In this document: in pieces, positions 9,433 to 15,359 of the stretch | How positions within the stretch are numbered: position 1 is the stretch's first letter | Layout of the letters: each line of letters opens with the position of its first letter | Assembly (NCBI GenBank): GCA_035380285.1 | Contig: DAOSXE010000001.1 | Location: forward strand, 150,659-182,658 | From: a bacterium | GTDB lineage: Bacteria > Auribacterota > Erginobacteria > Erginobacterales > DAOSXE01 | Reading direction: 5' to 3' | DNA length: 32,000 nt | Position numbers and translations under genes: made by a program | Notes under the pieces: generated by a model | The model's database searches: none | The model's input: the letters and a program-made list of their open reading frames with translations, nothing else | Told to the model about the DNA's origin: nothing

Positions 9433-10272
9433 CTATCCCTTGTCCAGCATCTCCGAACTGATATACATGTGAAATTCGATCCGCCGGTTCCGGGCCCGGT
9501 GCTCGGGCGTGTCGTTGGGGAAACGGGGCAGGGAGTCGCCGTAGCCGCTGACCGAGATCAGGCTGGCGGGGATCCCGCCGTGCTCGATCAGATAGCGCCC
9601 GGCCGCCACCGCCCGGGCGCTGGAGAGCTCCCAGTTGCTGGGGAACCGGCGCCGGTGGCAGGGGTGGATGGGGACGGAGTCGGTGTGGCCCTCGATCCGG
9701 ATCGCGGCCCCGGTCCCCCGCAGCAGCGCGGCGATCTTATCGAGGATGGGGTAGAAAGCGGGCTGCAGCGTGTCCGATCCTTCTCGGAAAAGGATGTCGG
9801 TGGTGGTGGGGATGAGAACGACGTCCTCGGCGGTGACCTTGATTTCGATGTCCCGGGCGACGCCGGTTTGGGCCAGGGTCTCCTTGATCTCCTCGGCCTT
9901 CTCCTGGATGGGCCGGAGTTCGTCGACGGCCAACTCCTGTTGGGGGGAAATATTGCGGGCCAGATCGGCCACGCGTTTTTTGACCATCACCTGGCGGGGT
10001 TGATCTCCCTTTTTAATATCGGTCTGTTCTTCGGCGATTCCCCGGACGATCTTGCTCGATGATTCCTTGGCGATCTCGATCCATTCCTGGGGCAGCCCCA
10101 TCATGGTGTTGGCGTACCAGAGCACGAAGAAAGTGAGCAGGATCGTGGTCATATCCGAATAAGTGGTCATCCACTTCGGCGGCCACTCCCCCTCCAGCCC
10201 TCCTTCCTGAACGTCGGGCTCGATGCGGGTCCGCTCGACCAGGGGATCGCCGGCTTTCTTCTTTCTCGGCAA
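9433..10272 (-). CDS. motB: MotB-like stator protein with OmpA-like domain (first paralogue)
   Basis: 'KWMTTYSDMTTILLTFFVLWYANT' with conserved Asp. OmpA-like 'IEGHTDSVPIHPCHRRRFPSNWELSSARAVAAGRYL...RARNRRIEFHM'. Directly downstream of motA. Confidence 0.93.
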   Translation of the reverse strand: MPRKKKAGDPLVERTRIEPDVQEGGLEGEWPPKWMTTYSDMTTILLTFFVLWYANTMMGLPQEWIEIAKESSSKIVRGIAEEQTDIKKGDQPRQVMVKKRVADLARNISPQQELAVDELRPIQEKAEEIKETLAQTGVARDIEIKVTAEDVVLIPTTTDILFREGSDTLQPAFYPILDKIAALLRGTGAAIRIEGHTDSVPIHPCHRRRFPSNWELSSARAVAAGRYLIEHGGIPASLISVSGYGDSLPRFPNDTPEHRARNRRIEFHMYISSEMLDKG

Positions 10273-11028
10273 TCACTGCCTCCCGGCCAGGTAGGCCTTG
10301 AGTTTCTCCCGGACGATCTGGGAATTGTCCCCCGCCTGGATGGATGCGATGCCTTCGATGATGATCTCGCGGGTGAGGGCCATGTTGGTGTTGTAGACCC
10401 GGATTTTGCCGGCGATGGGCATACAGAAAAGCCCGGCCAAAACGATTCCGTAGAAGGTGGTCATCAGGGCCACGGACATGTTGGGGGCGATGGTCTCCAC
10501 GTCGGAGAGGGTTCTCAGCAGCAGGATCAGCCCGACCAGGGTCCCGACCATCCCGAAGAGGGGGGCGTAGACCGAGATGTCGCGCCAGAGCCGTTCGTCG
10601 GTGGAGATCTTCATGTGCAGGTAGTCGGAGACGGTCTCGAGGATCCCCCGGGTGACTTCGGGGTCGGTTCCGTCCGCCACCAGGTCGACGCCGATGTCGA
10701 GCAGGGGGTAGCGGCCGTTGGTGGAGAGCTCCCGGATGGCCATGAACCCTTCCCGGCGGGCCTTGACCGCCATGTCGACGATGATCTCGATCACGGACTC
10801 CGGGCTGAGCACCCGGGTGACCAGAGTGAAACGGAAAGCCTTGAGGCCGTCCACGATCTGGCGGATGCTGAAGTTGATAAGGATGGCGGCCGAGGTACCC
10901 CCGAAGACGATCAGGACCGACGGCCAGTTGACGAAGTACCCCACCATCTCCATGCCCCCCCTGAGGAAGATGGAGAAGAAGATAACGCAGAACCCGATGA
11001 TGAAGCCGATAATGGTCGTCAGTCGCAT
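10273..11028 (-). CDS. motA: Flagellar-type motor stator protein MotA
   Basis: 'FGGTSAAILINF', 'ARREGFMAI', 'YAPLFGMVGTLVGLILLLRTL', 'MTTFYGIVLAGLFCMPIAGKI' are canonical MotA features, including the conserved prolines. Confidence 0.95.
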   Translation of the reverse strand: MRLTTIIGFIIGFCVIFFSIFLRGGMEMVGYFVNWPSVLIVFGGTSAAILINFSIRQIVDGLKAFRFTLVTRVLSPESVIEIIVDMAVKARREGFMAIRELSTNGRYPLLDIGVDLVADGTDPEVTRGILETVSDYLHMKISTDERLWRDISVYAPLFGMVGTLVGLILLLRTLSDVETIAPNMSVALMTTFYGIVLAGLFCMPIAGKIRVYNTNMALTREIIIEGIASIQAGDNSQIVREKLKAYLAGRQ

Positions 11029-11037
11029 GGCCTGTTC

Positions 11038-11238
11038 CTATTCCTTGGGTTGCAGCGGTGCCGCGATCGAACGCTTGTAATCCTTCACTTTCCCGACGAT
11101 TTCGTCCACGCTTTCACGGGCGATGAACTGCTCGCCGGTGGTCAGGGTGATGATCGTATCCGGCCGGCCTTCCACCCGTTCGATGAAATCGGCGTTGAGA
11201 ACCATCTCCTGCCCGTTGAGCCTGGTCACCTTTATCAT
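11038..11238 (-). CDS. flbD: FlbD family protein
   Basis: 66 aa 'MIKVTRLNGQEMVLNADFIERVEGRPDTIITLTTGEQFIARESVDEIVGKVKDYKR' matches the FlbD pattern; position immediately 5' of motA is the classic flbD-motA-motB order. Confidence 0.92.
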   Translation of the reverse strand: MIKVTRLNGQEMVLNADFIERVEGRPDTIITLTTGEQFIARESVDEIVGKVKDYKRSIAAPLQPKE

Positions 11239-11253
11239 GAAATCCGGCCCCCG

Positions 11254-13338
11254 CTAAACCATCTCCTCCTGGAACCTGTGCACCGAAACCTGTCCCTCGC
11301 GTTCGAGCTTGCGGATGGTGGCGATGATCTCGTGCTGGGCCTCCATGGTCTTGCTGCTGAGCTGGCGGAGGATGTTCATGATCTCCTCCTGGGCTTCGTC
11401 GGCCCGCTTGCGGCTGATCGAACCCATCACTTCCAGATCCTCCTTGAGCATGGCCACCGCCCGCTCCGTCAGGCCGGCGAAAAACTTCTCCCGCACCTGC
11501 TCGGACGCCCCCCGCAGCGCCATCTTCAGGACGGTCCGGTCCACGGTCCGGAAGATATCCTCGATCACGTTCTGATCGACTTCCAGCATGGCTTCGTTGA
11601 ACGGCAGTTCCTTTCCTTCGCGCTCGATCTCGACCCGGCGCACGGTTTGGGTGTCTTCTTCGAACATTTCCCGGGCCCGGTCGGTCATGTTGCGCAGGAA
11701 CTTGGCTTTAACTTCGTCGGACGCATCGGAGAGCGAGTTGGCGATCATCTCCCGGGAGATGTTGTGGATAAGGGTTTCGATATCCTTGTCGTCCAGGGAT
11801 GAGATGTCCTCGAAGAGGAACATGCGTTTGCGGACCTCCTCGGCCAGGGTGGTATTCCGTTTCTGCATGTTCTCCAGAATGATCTTGGCCACCGCGTACC
11901 GGCTGGAACTGAGGATGTCGGCCAGAACCCGGTAGCCCATGACCGGGATATAATCTTTCAGCATCTTGATCTGTTTGAGCTTGCGTTCCAGGAAAGCCTT
12001 GATCTCCCCGGCCATGTCCTCCCCCTCGGTCAGAGAACTCATGGCCTGGGCCACCTCCAGCTGTTTTTCCTCCTCCAGCTTGCTCAGGGCATCGGCGGCG
12101 TCCTTGGGATCGACTTGGGAGAGAACCGCGGCGGCCAGTTTCGGTTCCTCGTCCATGATCAGGAGGTGGACTTCGTCGGGCGGCAGGGAGCGCAGGTACT
12201 TGAAGGGCTCGTCGAGGAGCGAGGCGTCGGGGAGCTTCTCCAGTTGCTGGGACATCAGATCTTCGATGTTGCCCAGGACCTCGACCACCTCGGCGCCGAA
12301 GCCGACTCCGGCGGCTCCCGGCGCCGCCGGTCCGGCCGCCTGCGCCGCCGGGGCCGCGGCCGCCGGTGCTCCCGTTCCGGGAGTCCCGGTGCCGGTGCCG
12401 CCGCCGGCGACCAGCTTGCGCTGTTCGTCGAGCATGTCGGAGAGAGTGTCCCGGATTTCGGAGAGCAGGGCGTCCGCTTCCTGGGGCCCGCGGGTGAGGG
12501 CGTCGCGGATCTCCCCCAGCAGCTCGTCGAAATTGGTCCCCTGGCCGCTCCGGTCGAGGGCGTCTCGGATCTCTTCCAGTATTTCTCCGTAATCCCCGCC
12601 GCCGGCGGCAGCCACCACCTGGCGGATTTCCTCCAGTTCCTGGCGCCGCCGTTTCTTCTTGTCTTCCGGGCTTTCCTCGTGCCCGCTCCCCCCCGCTTCG
12701 CCGCCCGCCCCCTGGGCCCCGCCGATGATCGCCGTTTCCGCGCGTTTCTGTTTCCGCAGGGGCAGGAATATGGCGGCGATCAGGATGAGCAGGCCCGCGA
12801 GGGCGATGAGGGCGTAGAGGACGTAGTTCTGTTGGGCCGCCGAGGGAGGAAGCGCCACTTCGGGCCACGGTTCGGGGACGACGGCGACGGTGTCGCCGCG
12901 GGCTTCGTTGATCCCGGCCCAGCGCCGGACGGCCGGTTCGATGGCTTCGATCTGTTCCTGGGGCAGGTTTTCGTCGACCTCGACGGTGATGTGGAGGCTG
13001 GAGATGGTGGGGGAGAAGTTATTGGCCGCCTGAACCAGTTTCTTTTCCTGGGCGGCGTCGACCGTCTTTACCCCGGATATCCGGGAAAGCCCCTGTATCC
13101 TCTGCAGGTTGCCGTTACCGGTGGGATCGCTGAGGGTGACGTCGATGGATACGATCGTTCTTCCCGGCCCCACCAGGGTGTCGAGTTTGGGCTGTAGGTT
13201 GGCTTGGATGGCCGCTTCGGTCTGGGCTTCGGCGCTGCTCTGGGCCACTTGGGCCGCACCGGTCCCGGCCAGGAGGAGGAAGACGGTGGCCAGGACGGCG
13301 CTCGCTCTAACCGGTCCGCGGGAGAGGCTGCCGGGCAT
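11254..13338 (-). CDS. Composite FliF(RBM3/C-terminal TM)-FliG-like protein with signal peptide and duplicated FliG_C-like module
   Basis: FliF-like 'LDTLVGPGRTIVSIDVTLS...LHITVEVDENLPQEQIEAIEPAVRRWAGINEARGDTVAVV' then TM 'YVLYALIALAGLLILIAAIFL'. FliG_M-like 'FKYLRSLPPDEVHLLIMDEEPKLAAAVLSQVDPKDAADALSKLEEEKQLEVAQAM'. FliG_C-like 'TTLAEEVRKRMFLFEDISSLDDKDIETLI...EVKAKFLRNMTDRAREMFEED' and second 'VIEDIFRTVDRTVLKMALRGASEQVREKFFAGLTERAVAMLKEDLEVMG'. Confidence 0.85.
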   Translation of the reverse strand: MPGSLSRGPVRASAVLATVFLLLAGTGAAQVAQSSAEAQTEAAIQANLQPKLDTLVGPGRTIVSIDVTLSDPTGNGNLQRIQGLSRISGVKTVDAAQEKKLVQAANNFSPTISSLHITVEVDENLPQEQIEAIEPAVRRWAGINEARGDTVAVVPEPWPEVALPPSAAQQNYVLYALIALAGLLILIAAIFLPLRKQKRAETAIIGGAQGAGGEAGGSGHEESPEDKKKRRRQELEEIRQVVAAAGGGDYGEILEEIRDALDRSGQGTNFDELLGEIRDALTRGPQEADALLSEIRDTLSDMLDEQRKLVAGGGTGTGTPGTGAPAAAAPAAQAAGPAAPGAAGVGFGAEVVEVLGNIEDLMSQQLEKLPDASLLDEPFKYLRSLPPDEVHLLIMDEEPKLAAAVLSQVDPKDAADALSKLEEEKQLEVAQAMSSLTEGEDMAGEIKAFLERKLKQIKMLKDYIPVMGYRVLADILSSSRYAVAKIILENMQKRNTTLAEEVRKRMFLFEDISSLDDKDIETLIHNISREMIANSLSDASDEVKAKFLRNMTDRAREMFEEDTQTVRRVEIEREGKELPFNEAMLEVDQNVIEDIFRTVDRTVLKMALRGASEQVREKFFAGLTERAVAMLKEDLEVMGSISRKRADEAQEEIMNILRQLSSKTMEAQHEIIATIRKLEREGQVSVHRFQEEMV

Positions 13339-13342
13339 GGTC

Positions 13343-14119
13343 TTAATCCTCCGTAGGTTCGGTTCCGGCCGATCCGGCCGGTTCCGGGACCGCGGCGGGC
13401 CCCCCCACCGTCTCCAGCCCGGCGTAGCGGGGGACGATCAGCACCATTCCCGGGTAGATCAGGTCCGGTTCGAAGATCTGGTCGCGATTGGCGTGGTAGA
13501 GAAGGAGCCAACGGTAGGGGTTGCCGTAAACTTCCGGCTTGCCCGCGATGGTCCAGAGGCACTCGCCCTCGCCGACCAGGTAGGTGTCCATGCCCAGAAG
13601 CTGCGCGGAAACCGGTTCGCCCGCGGCGGTTACCGTGATCCGCGGACCGGTCTCGGAACCGCTCGCCTCGGCCTCGCTGAGCTGCAGCTCCGCCTGGCGG
13701 CGCTTGATTTCTTCGTCTTCGGCCTTGATCGTCAATTCCTCGACCTGGTTTCTCAAGGCCTCGACTTCTTTTTTCAGGGCGTCGGCGGCGGCTTGTTCGT
13801 CCCGCAGGGCCTGGAGAAGCTCTTCCTCGCTGGGGGCGGGAGACTCCGCGGTTCTTCGAGACCCGGCTTCGGGGTAGTAGCGTTCGAGGTCGCGCATCCG
13901 GGGGTTGCGGAAGATGAACCCCTCGTTGCCCCAGAGGACGTCGTCGGGTCCCCCGATGGTCAGCGGCCGGGGGCTGAACGGGTAGTCCATGGGGCGGAAG
14001 GTGCGGCCGCCCGGTTTCCAGACGCTCTCCAGGTCGTAACGGTCCGCGATTTCGGCCGTGTCCGCAAGGAGGTTTCCCGCCGCCCCCGCGGCCAGAATGA
14101 AGATGAACAGTCGCTTCAT
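13343..14119 (-). CDS. Exported coiled-coil protein with C-terminal LysM domain
   Basis: Signal peptide 'MKRLFIFILAAGAAGNLLA', coiled-coil Glu/Lys-rich middle, LysM 'YLVGEGECLWTIAGKPEVYGNPYRWLLLYHANRDQIFEPDLIYPGMVLIVP'. AAGGAG Shine-Dalgarno 6 nt upstream of ATG. Confidence 0.88.
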   Translation of the reverse strand: MKRLFIFILAAGAAGNLLADTAEIADRYDLESVWKPGGRTFRPMDYPFSPRPLTIGGPDDVLWGNEGFIFRNPRMRDLERYYPEAGSRRTAESPAPSEEELLQALRDEQAAADALKKEVEALRNQVEELTIKAEDEEIKRRQAELQLSEAEASGSETGPRITVTAAGEPVSAQLLGMDTYLVGEGECLWTIAGKPEVYGNPYRWLLLYHANRDQIFEPDLIYPGMVLIVPRYAGLETVGGPAAVPEPAGSAGTEPTED

Positions 14120-14156
14120 CAAGGGCTCCTTAGATTGAAGTAATTGCTGAAATCAA

Positions 14157-14186
14157 TTTATAGCAACTGCCGCTTTGAATTGTCAA
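14157..14186 (-). promoter_or_regulatory. Candidate sigma70-type promoter of the motor operon
   Basis: On the minus strand: TTGACA (14186-14181), 18-nt spacer, TATAAA (14162-14157), 37 nt upstream of the LysM gene ATG. Confidence 0.6.
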
Positions 14187-14283
14187 CTCGAAGCGTCGGG
14201 CGCAGCCTTGGATTGACGGCGACCGCTTCGCTCTGCTAGTCTCCTTCAAAACAACACCGAACTCTAACCTATTTGGCGGACGG

Positions 14284-15315
14284 ATGGAAAGAAAAAGGCT
14301 GGCAAATCGCCTGCTCACCGGGATTTGGATTTTCCTGTTCCTCCTGGTGGTGGGACTTTTTTTGGGGAGCCGGTTGACGGAGGTGAAGGGGTGGCTGCGG
14401 GGTTTGGTCCGCGAGCCGCAAGCCGTCATGAACTCCTTCCAGCCCCGTTCGATGGCGGGTTTCCGATGTTCCTTCGAGCAGCCCGGGGATACCGGGATCT
14501 GGGTCACCCACCAGACGGCGCTGGCGGTGACCGACCTGGATCTGCCCGGCGCCCGGCACTGGGCCCGGGTCACGTATTACCCCGGCACCGCTCCGGGGCT
14601 TCTCTGGACCGACGAATCCATGGGCGTGATGGATTGGCGGGGGGTGAAGGCGTTGGAATTCGACGCTTATAACCCCAACGGGTGGCCCGTGGATTTGAAG
14701 ATTAAAATCAAGGACCAGTCCGGGAACTCCTTCCAAAGAGCCCAGAAACTGGCGCCGGGCCGAACTACTTCGATATCAGTACCGCTGTCGGCTGCATCCG
14801 GCCAACTCAACCTGGGGCGAGTCAGCTATCTGAATCTTTTCTTGTGGGGCCCGGGAAGCGAAACGGTTCTCTTCTTTTCCAATTTCAGCCTCCCCGGGGT
14901 CGGCGAGACCCCACCGGCTTCGAACCGGCAGCCGGGGCTTAAATTTCTTGGGTTGGAATTTCCCCGGATTCTCCGCCGGGGGGAGATAGTTGAGGCTTCT
15001 TTCTTCTTCATGCCGGAGGCGGCGTTGCCGGAGGGCTGCCTGCTCTTGGTCCGTCTCAAGAATCGAGCCGGCATCACTCCCTTGGGCGAGGTTTCCCCGC
15101 CGCTGCCCACCTCGGCCTGGGCGCCGGGGCGGATGGCCCGGGTCGGTCCGTTCCCCCTGGAAATCCCGATGACCGCCTCCCCCGGCTTGTACGAACTGGA
15201 AGCGGTCATGGCCCGTCCCTTGGGGGAGAGCGGGGAAGGGGGGGTTGTTTTTCTGCCCTACGCCAACGCCGACCTGCCCGGGCATTCGGTGGCCGAGGTG
15301 GAAGTGATCGAGTGA
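14284..15315 (+). CDS. Membrane-anchored surface/periplasmic protein with CBM-like and Ig-like beta-sandwich regions
   Basis: N-terminal TM 'LLTGIWIFLFLLVVGLFLG'. 'MDWRGVKALEFDAYNPNGWPVDLKIKIKDQSGNSFQRAQKLAPGRTTSISVPL' resembles CBM-type beta-sandwich. C-terminal 'LPEGCLLLVRLKNRAG...TASPGLYELEAVM' resembles the neighbouring protein. Confidence 0.65.
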   Translation: MERKRLANRLLTGIWIFLFLLVVGLFLGSRLTEVKGWLRGLVREPQAVMNSFQPRSMAGFRCSFEQPGDTGIWVTHQTALAVTDLDLPGARHWARVTYYPGTAPGLLWTDESMGVMDWRGVKALEFDAYNPNGWPVDLKIKIKDQSGNSFQRAQKLAPGRTTSISVPLSAASGQLNLGRVSYLNLFLWGPGSETVLFFSNFSLPGVGETPPASNRQPGLKFLGLEFPRILRRGEIVEASFFFMPEAALPEGCLLLVRLKNRAGITPLGEVSPPLPTSAWAPGRMARVGPFPLEIPMTASPGLYELEAVMARPLGESGEGGVVFLPYANADLPGHSVAEVEVIE

Positions 15316-15359
15316 GATTTCGAAACGACAAGCAGCGACTGTAACCGGAGAAAGTGGAG

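Noticed and set aside
10615-11802. 395-aa plus-strand ORF antisense to motA, flbD and the composite FliG-like gene
   Set aside because: Spans several well-supported genes on the opposite strand and has shadow-ORF composition.
11254-13338. Possibility that the composite rotor gene is two genes joined by a sequencing error
   Set aside because: The frame is uninterrupted over 694 codons with a coherent linker, and the topology (signal peptide, periplasmic domain, TM, cytoplasmic FliG) is sensible. Not formally excluded without homologues.
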